DNA of 63,557 bases, counting the filler, from Octopus bimaculoides (lineage: Eukaryota), in NCBI RefSeq assembly GCF_001194135.2. It is 7 parts of 7 records of this genome, joined end to end, with 100 filler letters (N's around TTAATTAATTAA, not from the genome) between each part and the next. Parts side by side here need not be neighbours in the genome. Positions count along the whole stretch, not along the records: positions 15,430 to 39,433 come from NC_068987.1; positions 39,534 to 40,576 come from NW_026320425.1; 5 more parts are not named here. One strand, 5' to 3'. The notes under the pieces are model-generated. The model had not been told where the DNA came from, ran no database searches, and saw nothing but the letters and a program-made list of their open reading frames with translations. This document shows positions 27,201 through 39,666 of this stretch, one piece after another (positions within the stretch are counted from its first letter, which is position 1; each line of letters starts with the position of its first letter). A program made the position numbers and the translations under genes.

Positions 27201-29016
27201 AAAGTCTATCATGCTATTTCTAAACTATGATAAACATTGCATTTTCCTGTTAATATATGTGGCTTTTTTTTCAAACTTTTCTATACGTGTTACTATATAT
27301 ATGACACTGATAATTAGCACAGGGCGTCAATTCTATAGATAACAATATGAACAAGAATATAAACAATCTCTTGCAATACATTCATAAATCATACATATAT
27401 ACATGTGTGAGTGTGTGTATCTATGTATAAGCGCATATATATAAATATAAACGTGCATGCATACACGCACACATACACACTTGCACACACACACACACAC
27501 ATGCATATATAAATACGTACATATATACATATATACCTGTGTGTTTGAATATATGTTCTTCTTATAACGAGTGTGTATTTGTGTACGGTGCGTATAAACT
27601 GAGAGTATAATAGAAAGGCGACAACCCATTTGCAAATTCATTACATGAGTACAGTTGTAGTTTAATTTGACACTGCTTCTGGCATGTAGCAGGCATATTT
27701 TCATTAAAGGAACAATGGTAGTTCCATATTAGATATATCAATGTTATATTTGGTGTATACAAGAGGAAATTAAAGCCATTTCCTGCCAATGTATCAGCGT
27801 ATGTGTCCTGTTTCTGGAAAGATACAAATATACATGTACATACATACACACCCACGCACACAGATATATATATATATATATATATATATANNNNNNNNNN
27901 NNNNNNNNNNNNNNNNNNNNNNNNNNNNNNNNNNNNNNNNNNNNNNNNNNNNNNNNNNNNNNNNNNNNNNNNNNNNNNNNNNNNNNNNNNNNNNNNNNNN
28001 NNNNNNNNNNNNNNNNNNNNNNNNNNNNNNNNNNNNNNNNNNNNNNNNNNNNNNNNNNNNNNNNNNNNNNNNNNNNNNNNNNNNNNNNNNNNNNNNNNNN
28101 NNNNNNNNNNNNNNNNNNNNNNNNNNNNNNNNNNNNNNNNNNNNNNNNNNNNNNNNNNNNNNNNNNNNNNNNNNNNNNNNNNNNNNNNNNNNAGAACATA
28201 CACTGTGTGCTTACGCACTTACAGACAAAAATAGTTAACTGCCCCACCACAAGCAAACATACAGTATATTTTAACAAATCTATTACATGGTGATATGTCC
28301 CCACAAATTCATATACATTCATATGTGTGTAATGTGTGGATGTGCATGCATGCGTGCATAAACATGGGTGCATAAACATGCATGCATGTAAGCATGTTTT
28401 GCTTCATGATGGAGTGCTATATAATTGCTGAAACATCGCCCCAGGGAGCAAATAATCGTTTTCCCAGAAGTAACCAATAAGTTTAGGATTTAATTTAAGA
28501 CATCAGATTTACCTTCGTACTTTCATAATTTATACGTAATATCATGGGCAACGGAGTTCATAATCAGCAATAACTTATGCTAAGAGCAAAATTGAATTCT
28601 GCTGCAGTGTTAATAACTTACTATTTTTTTTCTTTCTATGAACATTAAAAACAAGAAGTGAAAATTGTGTTTTGACGGGTGATATTCAATCCCCTGTATC
28701 CCGAATAATTAGAGAACAGAAGAATAGTGAAAACAAATAATAAGATAAAAGAAATTTCACAAGAAGCAAGGAAGGTAATATTCATACAGGCTGTAAAGCT
28801 GGGTGAAGTAAATTTTTTTCCAAGACAGTGCTAAGGATATAGTTAAAGATGGATATAAGAAAGAAAAACAATAATTTGTTTTGGGGTTTAAAAATGCACC
28901 TGAATCTAGAAAATGTGTAGTCGTTTGTAATTTGATTTGTCCACATACCAAACTAGTTTCGGGAATATGTACTTTTTTTTTACTTTCGACGGATATTTGT
29001 CATCTTGTTTGTTGTT

Positions 29017-29062
29017 AACACAACGTTTCAGCTGATATACCCTCCAACCTCCTTCAGGTGTC
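29017..29062 (-). ncRNA. Hammerhead ribozyme motif, core-mutated copy
   Basis: Minus strand gacac CTGAAGG a ggttg...cagct GAAAC GTT gtgtt; A9 of the CUGANGA core changed to G. Confidence 0.6.
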
Positions 29063-29108
29063 TTGGGGAAATTTCGAACCTGGGTTCTCATTCCTAAGGT
29101 ATTTTTGG

Positions 29109-29172
29109 ATGGAACGAACTCGGAATCTTGGAGTTAGTAGCAAGCGCTATTTACCACTACGCCATATGCACG
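29109..29172 (-). promoter_or_regulatory. tRNA-like Pol III A/B-box module upstream of the hammerhead
   Basis: A box TGGCGTAGTGG (29154-29164) and B-box-like GAGTTCGTTCC (29111-29121) at tRNA-like spacing; no acceptor stem. Confidence 0.55.
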
Positions 29173-30767
29173 TCGGCAATTATGGAGTGAATCTTAGGGC
29201 TTATAAATCTAATATTTTCTATCCGTCCTTAATACCGGCTCCCATATGCTGCTCATACCTGCACTCGGTCTGCTTAGGAGGTTGTTGCGTCGTAGCATAT
29301 GTGCTGATTCTTTTAGTTTTCGTATTTTCCAGTGGTGTTCTTTGTATATCATTTTAACTTCATCCCACAGGGGCAGGTGGTCTCCATTTTTCCATGCATC
29401 ATCAGCTATACCCGATTTATCAATATCTCCTCGTGACACAGCTTTGCGATGTTCGTTTACTCCTATTTTGAGTAGGCGGCATGTTTCGCCTTTGTATAAC
29501 CCACTACAGCTGAATGGAATTGAGTACACGCAGTCTTTGGTCATATTCTCTTCTATTGGTGGTTTTACTCGAAGGAGATATTTGCGAAGTGTTGTATTAC
29601 TCTTGTTTTAACAACAAACAAAATGAGGACAAATATCCGTCGAATGTAAACAATGTAAATAATGTACATAATTCCTGATCTCTTAAATATAGAACTAGTG
29701 TCGGCAATGTTTTGGCTTATCAACGGTACAAATATATAAAATGAGGTTTTAACGGAATTTAAAGTTATAAGGTGAAAACTGGACAAACATGTTTATACGA
29801 CCAAATGTTCAAATGTTTACAGAAACGCCGTACAAAATACTTAGCATTTCATCCTTAGCTCAAATTCATCATTTCGGAGTCGAAGAAATAAGGATGGGCG
29901 GGAATGTCATCAATTAGCGCCCTCCCCTAAAATTTCATTACTTATTGCTATTGTAGAAAGGATTATATAAAAAAAATATCGCTTGCAATGTTTCGATCTA
30001 CTGTAGCAAACTATGTTTAAATATACGTACATATGCGTTTCAACATACATTTAGAAATAGATTAATGTAAATATTGTTACTTCAACATAAATATACATCA
30101 TATAATGTCAAATGAATTTACAAAATGTTGACGGATATATTATCACGTAGTATGGATGTAATGACATTGCAATAACTATTGACATATTCTCTAGTATTAA
30201 TGGAATTTCAGATGCATTATATGCTTAAGCTGAAACCCTAGCAAGTCCCTTAAACGAGTATTTCACGAAAAATTCAATCTGAATTCAACTGTGTTAAACT
30301 GGATGACTATTAAGTCTAGTGAATATGGATGTCATTGTCAGATTTAGAACAACAGGAAAACGAAAGAAGAAACTCTAAATATCAACCCATCAGAAGCACC
30401 AATATTCCCGCTATCCCAAATCAGTAGATTTGTATATATTTAGCAATTCTGAAAGCATAAAAGGGCTAATATATTGCCAGAGAGGAACATGTAGAATGCC
30501 TAATTTACATGAATGTGTTGCAAGGGGACTTAAGTATGTGTGTGTATCTGTGTGTATGCGTGTATGTGCGTGTGTATGTGTGTGGGGATGTTTGTGTGTA
30601 CGTATTTGTGTGTGTATGAATGTGTTCTGTATGTACATATGTATGTTTGAGTGTGTGTGTGTGTGTGTGAGTGTGTGTGTGTGTGTGATTGTCTGTATAT
30701 GTCATTGCTCTATTAGCTAACAAGTTAAGGCAAATTATTATTGGTAGCATTAGTTAGATGGTGAGCT

Positions 30768-30965
30768 CGCAGAATCGTTAGCACACCGAACAAAATGCGC
30801 AGCGGTATTTCGTCCGTCTTTACGTTCTGAGTTTAAATTCTTCCGAGGTCGATTTTCCTTTCAACCTTTCGATGTCAATAAAATAAGTACCAATCGATCA
30901 ATGGGGTCGATGACATCGACATACCCTCTCCCTCAGAATTGCGGACCTTGTGCTAGAATTTGAAA
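30768..30965 (+). mobile_element. SINE family B, diverged
   Basis: ggtgagctcgcagaatcgttagcac...ttctgagtttaaattcttccgaggtcgat...ggggtcgatg. Confidence 0.82.
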
Positions 30966-31019
30966 CCATTATTAGTAGTATTAGTATATATTAGTGCTGA
31001 AAAGATGCGTGTACACAAC

Positions 31020-31700
31020 TTTTATCGGGGATTGGGTCTAAATTTAAAGTTTGCATAAAAAGAAATTAAAGTACATTAAAAAAAAAAAAATTAACTCGAT
31101 CATGGCTGTCAGATATCTTTCTATAAACACCAGACCACAACTCCTAGCTTTCCTAGGAATATCTTGGACCACCGCCTTGATTTTGGACTTCAGCTCGGCC
31201 TTGACGATGCAAGGAGTGGTTGGTGTTGTTTTCAACCGTCCCCCATACGTAGAAATCCATGCGGTTAAAATCGAGGGAATAAGGAATCCAGAAATTGGGC
31301 TAGAAAAGTCATAAAAACCTTCCGAGGCCCACTTCTGACTCTTTCCGGACGTACGGTAAGGCGCCGAATCCTGATGTCATACATTTAGTATTCCGTTCAC
31401 CATAACCTCCATCAGAATCATATAGCCGTCTGAATTGATCCTAAGGCCCTTTTCTACAGTTGATGGATAAATACTGGCATGCAAACGCAGTTAAAACACC
31501 CGCATTGACTCTTCATGCTAACCACCGTTTCCTAGTCGCCGTTGCAGCCGTCCATGACATGTATTATAGAATTTCTAATGTTCATGAAGCATTGGGCAGC
31601 TGACAAGATCTCACTATTTTGATATCGGACGCGAATAATGATGATAGACGTCAGTTGATTCCAATATTCAGCTTCCAAGTATTTCTTGTCAGCTCAACTA
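31020..31700 (-). mobile_element. maT/DD37D transposase relic with internal deletion
   Basis: HQDSAPYRTSGKSQKW...FYDFSSP/NFWIPYSLDFNRMDFYVWGTVE: 37 residues between the last two catalytic Asp across a 1-nt frameshift; N-terminal-like WNQLTSIIIIR...SEILSAAQC. Confidence 0.82.
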
Positions 31701-31956
31701 TAGCTCATATTTTTAGCTTTCCACCGCTGTTGACTGTTCACCAATACATCAAGATTTCCCCCCAAAACGTGACGTAAATATCGTCAAATTAAACCCGAAC
31801 ACACAAGTAAGATATATTACATGCGAACGCAAAATTGTCTATGTAATTAAATTTATGTGTTCGTGTGTGTTTATGAGAGTATGTGTGTACGTGCGTGCAT
31901 GTACGCGCGTGTGTGTGCGCGTGCTTATGTATGTGCATATGTTTGTGAGTATACGT

Positions 31957-32019
<63 letters not shown>

Positions 32020-32025
32020 CATATG

Positions 32026-32058
<33 letters not shown>

Positions 32059-32743
32059 ATATACATATGTACATACATGTACATCCAGTTATAATGTGCA
32101 TAGATATATACAGACATATTCGTACCCACACACATACACACACACAAACATATTTATATATGTAACTAGAATACCATTTTCAAGAGGGAAATGAAGAAAG
32201 ATTCTAACAATGCAGATATGGAAGTTGGAAAACGTTTATATGGTTGTAATAATATTAATTGCCGTGATAGTAGTCATTGATAACATTGTCTACACCAGTG
32301 TAATTGGTGATGGTGGTAAATGTGGTGCTAGTTGTCGTTGATGAGATTGGTGGTGTACGTACTTGTAGTAGTTGTAGACAGAGTGATGGCTGACAACACC
32401 ATCCAACCTCAGCGCAACAGGCGACGGTGGTGGCACTAGCTTTGACGGCGGTGAGCTTGGTGCTGGTATGCAACAGTACTAATAACCCTCGTATTGACGA
32501 TGATGCTGGTCGTGGTTGCTGCGATGCACGGGGTGGATGCTAAATTATCAAGTCTGATCAACTATTAGTCCTCGGCCTAAGTTAGTGGATTTGTGAGGAT
32601 TCCTGGATGCGGAGATTTCGTGCATTGCTCTATGTGCCTAATATGGAAGTGCTTATCTCTTTGATGGTGTTGCTGCATTTGACGAAGTCTTTGCAGAAGG
32701 AAGATGCGTTGGTAATCAGGTTTTCCTTCAGTTATATATATAC

Positions 32744-32848
<105 letters not shown>

Positions 32849-33124
32849 TGTATGTGTGTAAATCTTTAGTTACATATATTCAATGAAAATATTATATACT
32901 GAATTTATATTGAGTGCTCTATTGTATCATAATATTAACACTATAAAAGTATTTATGTATTTAATACGAAAGATTATAGATATTTTATAAAATATAATTA
33001 TTAATATCAGGAAATCAATATTAGAAATTTCATGAGAAACATATATACGTGTGTAATAAAATTTATTTTAATATAGTTCATAGACTTAATATAAAATAAG
33101 ATATAATTTTATTTTAAGTTATTC

Positions 33125-33758
33125 AAGTCTATGAACTATATTTGGAATACAGGACAATGTAATGGATTTTATACATAATTATTATGGATTACTTCAGAAG
33201 AATTGCCAGGGAGGCATATAGGAATTTCAAGATTCTCATACTAAAGTCTACTTACCAAAATCAAAAGCAGTAATTTTTAATTCATGTTTCAAACAAACAC
33301 CATTTTCCCATATTACTTCATAATTTTTTTAAAGCTACCATTGGTTAAATTATACAAAATTTATATTTGATATTTCTGAGGAGCAGAAGAGTTATCTATA
33401 AATGCTTATCAATATAGGATTCCATTATTCTATATTACCTAAGTGTATGAACTATATTTGGTATACAGGATAATATAATGGAGTTTACACATAATTATTA
33501 AGGATTATTACAGAAGACTGACCAGGGAAGAATATATAGATTAAAGACTCTCATACTAAAGTGTACTTATCAAAATTAAAAGCAGTAATTTTTAATCTTT
33601 AATTTATATTTCAAACAATCACCAATTTATCATATTGCTTGATATTTAAAAAAAAAAAACAACTACCATTCCATAAATTATAAAAAAATTCAAAGTTTAT
33701 ATCTCTGAAGATCAGAAGAGTTGCCTATAAATGCTTATCAATATAGGATTCCATTATA
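33125..33758. repeat. Diverged tandem duplication, unit about 316 bp, two copies
   Basis: Copies begin aagtctatgaactatatttgg (33125) and aagtgtatgaactatatttgg (33441); both end caatataggattccattat. Confidence 0.88.
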
Positions 33759-34339
33759 TGGACAGCACTTCTGCGAAACGATCGTAAGATGGTTTCAAAC
33801 TTAATTCAAGACATTTAAACTGTCATATTCATTATTATTATATGTTTATATTTATACATATTTACATATATTTATATATATTTATATTTTTAATACAACA
33901 ATTATCTTACACACGTATATATTTTTCTGGTGAATTTTCTAGTATTGATTTCCTGATATTAACAATAGTATATAATATATATATATATATATATATATTT
34001 ATTACAATTAAAAGGGTAAAGGATTATCAATTTATTAATTCATTAATAAATTAATAATTAATAATTTTTCCAAGCCCTTCGGTATGTAAGCACCATTATC
34101 GGTGAGGAACTTATTTCAAAGTTCTTATACATTTATAAACAAAATTAAGGGATCAGCAACAGGTTGCTTCACCTGGTTGCTTTTTTTTCTTGTTTTTCCT
34201 ATGTGAGTTGCAGGTAATTGCTATCTGTTGGAGTTTCAGTATTTTAGCTGCTATTTCTGAACTTCGGTATGTGGTGTATATATATATTTATATATATATA
34301 TAATGAGAATATGGAGAAGACCTTTCATCAAGACCATAT

Positions 34340-34641
34340 CAGTTGATTATTTTTTAATACAGGATATGACATAACATTTCTTACGGCCGTTTCCGCTTCC
34401 AGTGTTAGACGGTGCTTAAGAATGGAATTTCGAAAATAATATTCGTCATCTTCATCGCATATTCGATCTAGTACATGGAGCCTTATCAGAGTGAATGAAG
34501 CTCCATGTAATAGATCGAATGTACTATGAAGAGGACATATATTAATTTCGAAATTTCTTTCCTATGCACCGACTAACATTGGAAACGGAAACGGCCGTAA
34601 GAATTGTTATGTCATGCTTTGTATTAGACAATTATCAACCG
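34340..34641. mobile_element. Fold-back element / palindromic MITE, arms about 145 bp
   Basis: ttcttacggccgtttccg / cggaaacggccgtaagaa and ttcgatctagtacatggagc / gctccatgtaatagatcgaa pair symmetrically around a central loop. Confidence 0.85.
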
Positions 34642-35014
34642 ACGTGTTTCAATTTGTTTCTATGGTGATCAAAAGTTGTCTCCATTTTCTAATCATTGAA
34701 ATTTAATTTCTGATAAACATTTGTTTATTCCGTTGTTGCCTTACACTATGAGAATAGTATGCCTGTATACCCATGCTCAGAGATTGCACAGGTAATTGAT
34801 ACCGAGAGTAGATACGGATACTATTATCCCTTAGAAAGTTACTAAAACTGCTAACTATGTTTATCTATATATTTTATTTATCTGGATGAATATATCTTCG
34901 TCTTTTAATAGAATTTTTTTTCATAGATTTCAATGCCATTTCATCCTACGTTATTTACGAATTTTAAATCGTACAGGTATGACAGTATGTAAACAAACAA
35001 TCAAGAGATGATTC

Positions 35015-35347
35015 AATTTATTAAACGAAGTTCAATAAATTTCAACAACTAAATAAAAAGAAGCAGATTAAGTGTCAAAATGGATTATCTTTTTATTTCA
35101 TAATTCCCGATAATTGTTTGTGACAAAAGGACCAAGATTTCCATAAACCGAACATCACAAAGGTCGAATTTATACACCTCAGTAGGTGAAGTTCTGTCTG
35201 TGATATTCTCTTCATGGAAATTTTGGTCCTTTTGTCAGAAACAATTGTTTGAGATTATGAAACAAAATGATAATCCATTTTAACATCGAATTTGCTACAT
35301 TTAATTTATTTGATGAAATTTATTGAACTTACTTTGTTGAATAAATT
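35015..35347. mobile_element. Second, unrelated fold-back element
   Basis: aagttcaataaatttca / tgaaatttattgaactt; aaaatggattatc / gataatccatttt; tgacaaaaggaccaa / ttggtccttttgtca. Confidence 0.85.
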
Positions 35348-35726
35348 AAGCATTATATTGATTATTTGCTTATATACATATATATATATATATANNNNNN
35401 NNNNNNNNNNNNNNNNNNNNNNNNNNNNNNNNNNNNNNNNNNNNNNNNNNNNNNNNNNNNNNNNNNNNNNNNNNNNNNNNNNNNNNNNNNNNNNNNNNNN
35501 NNNNNNNNNNNNNNNNNNNNNNNNNNNNNNNNNNNNNNNNNNNNNNNNNNNNNNNNNNNNNNNNNNNNNNNNNNNNNNNNNNNNNNNNNNNNNNNNNNNN
35601 NNNNNNNNNNNNNNNNNNNNNNNNNNNNNNNNNNNNNNNNNNNNNNNNNNNNNNNNNNNNNNNNNNNNNTATATATGTATGTATGTATGTATATATATAT
35701 ATTTATATATATACATATATACATAT

Positions 35727-35785
<59 letters not shown>

Positions 35786-35989
35786 TTTTTAAATATCTCA
35801 CAATCCGTGTGAATGCAAATACCCAGGGTTTTCTGTTCTGGTCGAAATAACAAATTATTACACCATGTATCAAATTATCTTTTGAGTAGATAACCAAGAT
35901 CTTTTATCAAGATCGATTATAAAGAAGAGGACCAAGAGAAAAATACATGGGAGATAACCAACGTTACAACGATCTGTAGCAGACGCAAA

Positions 35990-36400
35990 CCATATATTAA
36001 TAGTTTACTCAGTGTCCGGTTGTCCACTTTTAAATTCCGATATATATTTCTTGAAATGCGGACATACAAAAAAGTTTCGTCGCTCGTTGGAAGTTCTGAA
36101 GTTTTACAAGAGAGACATTATTTTTCAAGAAAATACACTGACAATTTATTTTATAGACTCGTTAATATAGTGTTTCAATTTGAAGCGGATTCTCCATTTG
36201 AGATTGAAAGTTATTCCTTCGTATTCAATTTTCCTGTATAAAGTTGAAAGTGTTCTTGAATGTCACTCATCACAGTTTCTTGCTATATCTAAATTTAAAC
36301 TTTCCTTCCACGGCTCCCATATGTTTTTTGATATGTGTACGAATATTGTGGTAATTCTCTGAAACCTATGCTAGATAAACAACTGAAAATATATGACACT
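35990..36400 (-). mobile_element. PLE GIY-YIG relic of the CxLC type
   Basis: Frameshifted KHMGAVEGKFKFRY, HSRTLSTL...FNLKWRI, CQCIFLK...TKLFVCPHFKKY parallel the endonuclease at 15832-16137. Confidence 0.55.
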
Positions 36401-36868
36401 CTTGTCTTTGAGGACATTGAGATTTGTCTCTACATTCACATCCGCAGCAGGCTTCAGTTATCCGTGGCTTATTGATATATGACTTAACACTAGGCGGCAA
36501 AAATAGTAACTTTTATCGCGAGTGTGTTAACGATTTTCTTGTATCTATGGGTTCTATGCAAGTGGATATCAACTAAGTGCAAGAATTTGTTCAAACATTA
36601 ACGGAAAATGGTGGGAGGCATAAACGCTTTCAGAGACCTATTTTTACGACTAGATGATAGAGGAGGGTGGGGGATGTAGAAGATATTATTAATAAAAGTG
36701 CTATCCTATATTTTAAAATGCGGCAGCATTTTAAAATATTTCTTCAGAAGAAAGGTATCTGATGCTACGGCTCATATTTGGAATTAAGATTTTAAATACA
36801 CTAGGTGGGTGACAAGAGTGTTTATTGATATATTTAAGGTTCTCGTTAGTCATGCGAGAGGGATTATA

Positions 36869-38682
36869 TGAAAGTATTTATTAAGCTTTGCAATTAGCCG
36901 ACAGCTCAGGTGCTCTCCGAGCAATTTCTTAATTAGGCTCTTAAAACTCACTAAAAGTTGATTTATAAAGTGTTAATCTACAACAGTAATAAAGACGGTC
37001 AAATGAAATAAATCATACTAAATGCATTGGGGCGGAGATGCCAATAGAACAGCCATCTTAAGCGATTGATTATGTTTCGCCTGCATTTGCTCTAATTTTA
37101 AGAGAGAAATGGAGGAGGGGTTAACATAAAACTTTTTGAGCCTTATTCCTACAATTAGATGATAGAGGTGGGGGTTGTAGCAGCGCTACAACATACTATA
37201 TATNNNNNNNNNNNNNNNNNNNNNNNNNNNNNNNNNNNNNNNNNNNNNNNNNNNNNNNNNNNNNNNNNNNNNNNNNNNNNNNNNNNNNNNNNNNNNNNNN
37301 NNNNNNNNNNNNNNNNNNNNNNNNNNNNNNNNNNNNNNNNNNNNNNNNNNNNNNNNNNNNNNNNNNNNNNNNNNNNNNNNNNNNNNNNNNNNNNNNNNNN
37401 NNNNNNNNNNNNNNNNNNNNNNNNNNNNNNNNNNNNNNNNNNNNNNNNNNNNNNNNNNNNNNNNNNNNNNNNNNNNNNNNNNNNNNNNNNNNNNNNNNNN
37501 NNNNNNNNNNNNNNNNNNNNNNNNNNNNNNNNNNNNNNNNNNNNNNNNNNNNNNNNNNNNNNNNNNNNNNNNNNNNNNNNNNNNNNNNNNNNNNNNNNNN
37601 NNNNNNNNNNNNNNNNNNNNNNNNNNNNNNNNNNNNNNNNNNTATATATAAATTTGCGGTGTGTACATGTGTATGTAGGGATCGTCTTTGTAGGGCCAAT
37701 GTTTATGATGTTGCGCCCAGGATCACTAAACGGCGTGTTCAATTCCCGGAATGGATGATGCTTTGCATTGCGTTGTTAAGTAGAACACTTAATCTCATCT
37801 TGGTGTGAGATTACTTCCACAACTGACGTGTGCCAAACTTTGTGTCTCTCTGGAAATGCCAATTTGACGGTGGGTGTGAGCTTATTTGCAACACAAATAT
37901 TTGATCCCTCTATTCAAATCGCCTATCAAGGTGGTTTTGCAAGGAAAAGCAGGACTGTCTTCCTCGGACTCGAGAGACTACCATCAAATATATGTATTTT
38001 ACAATGCATTATTCATAATATCGAAGTTCACATAGCACACCATATCAGAAGATTGGCGTTGATATCAAGAATTATTTTTCGATGTTGGAAGGTTGTGGGT
38101 CTTTGATACATGGACGTTTGCAATACCAGGTACTTGTACAAGACCATGTAGTTATATGGTGTGCCTTTGCAAGGCAATCTACTGATTGAGAGCTAAAATA
38201 AGCGACAAATTGCAATTTTATCTGCAATCACACAGATTTTGAAACATGCCCTGTAAAGGATAATTAAATTTCAATACTGGTCAATAAAATATTCTAAGGA
38301 CAACATACACAAGTACTGGTATATATTAAGGCTGAAAATTGTCATGTACAAAAATATTTCGTATTCATTTCTTGGTGCATTACGAAAATGTTGACAAGCC
38401 TTGCTGCGTCATTAAATTCAAATGCGAAGTTGATGGAAAAAATTCGTAATAATAATGTTCATTGTGAAAGACAATCAATCGCATTAAGATGGCAGCTTTA
38501 TTACCATCTCCGCCTCTGCACATTTAGTATGATTTATTTCATTTGATCGTCTTTATTATTGTTGTAGATTAATACTTTATGAATTAGTTTTCAGTGAGTC
38601 TTAAGAGCCATTGTCTAATTAAGAAATTGCTCGGAGAGCACCTGAGCTATCGGCTAATTACAAAGCCTAATAAATGCTTTCA
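36869..38682. mobile_element. DNA transposon with about 205-bp terminal inverted repeats and TA flanks
   Basis: 36869-37072 is the reverse complement of 38472-38682 (e.g. gctcaggtgctctccgagcaatttcttaattag); TA at 36867-36868 and 38683-38684; internal sequence not confidently assignable. Confidence 0.8.
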
Positions 38683-39666
38683 TAATTTGTATATATTTAA
38701 ATCATGCTTTCTTCCTTCTTAAGACAAAACTAATTTTACTTTCTTGTTCATCCTCTTCATCTCCATTTTCCTATTTTCATTTTTCATGCTATGCTATGAT
38801 GAATTTAGATTAATAGTCCAATGATAATTAATATGTTATTTGATGTGGTTTATTATAAATGACATCAATAATGCTATCAATATAATATTCATTGTTATCA
38901 TCTAACAGATATTCGTTCCATAAAATATCCAATTTATTTTATTCTCATTAAAATGTTTAGAAAATCTATTCCCGGTTTGCGATGTAATCTATAATTATTA
39001 ACATACGTTTTATCTGTTTTCTAAGCAAAAATATTGGAAGGGGGTGCACTATCTTACATATAAACACGACAACACTTTCAATAAATATATTTTTTCTTTT
39101 ATCTGAGGGCACTGAATTAGCCTGAAATAAGGTGACGAGCTTAAGGACACGGGTAATGGGCTGTCTGGGAAACGAACTCATGGATTTAAAGAAGTCGGCA
39201 CAAAATTCTGATCTAAAATTGTAATAACTAGTATCTAACTACAAATTACTCCCTGCACGTTCTCTCTGTGCGTACATAAATGTTTAAGTGCGTATATATG
39301 TATGTATGTATATATGTAAGTATGTATGTACATTTGTATGCGTGTATGCGTGTATGCGTGCATGTAATATATCTGTACATAAGTATGTTTCCATATATGT
39401 ATGCGTTTATGTATGAATATATGTATGTATATANNNNNNNNNNNNNNNNNNNNNNNNNNNNNNNNNNNNNNNNNNNNTTAATTAATTAANNNNNNNNNNN
39501 NNNNNNNNNNNNNNNNNNNNNNNNNNNNNNNNNATGGCACACATAGAACAAAAAACCGGAGGGAAAAGCGTAAACAAAACCAAAGGTATGTATATATGTA
39601 CACGCCACCCTCCCACATATATATGTATACGTTTGGATGCATATGTGTATGTAGATATGTCTACAT

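Larger units (their letters stand above)
28960..29700 (-). mobile_element. 5'-truncated Penelope/Poseidon-type PLE: GIY-YIG, terminal repeat, inverted partial repeat
   Basis: ORF 29209-29544 CVYSIPFSCSGLYKGETCRLLKIGVNEHRKAV...KSGIADDAW...RKLKESAH is a Penelope-type GIY-YIG; terminal repeat 28980-29110 nearly identical to 5797-5920; inverted partial copy 29603-29670. Confidence 0.88.

Noticed and set aside
29109-29172. Functional tRNA
   Set aside because: No acceptor stem and the B box has a deletion; kept only as a promoter-like module.
30317-30426. Short ORF MSLSDLEQQENERRNSKYQPIRSTNIPAIPNQ
   Set aside because: Only 32 codons with no homology or splice support.
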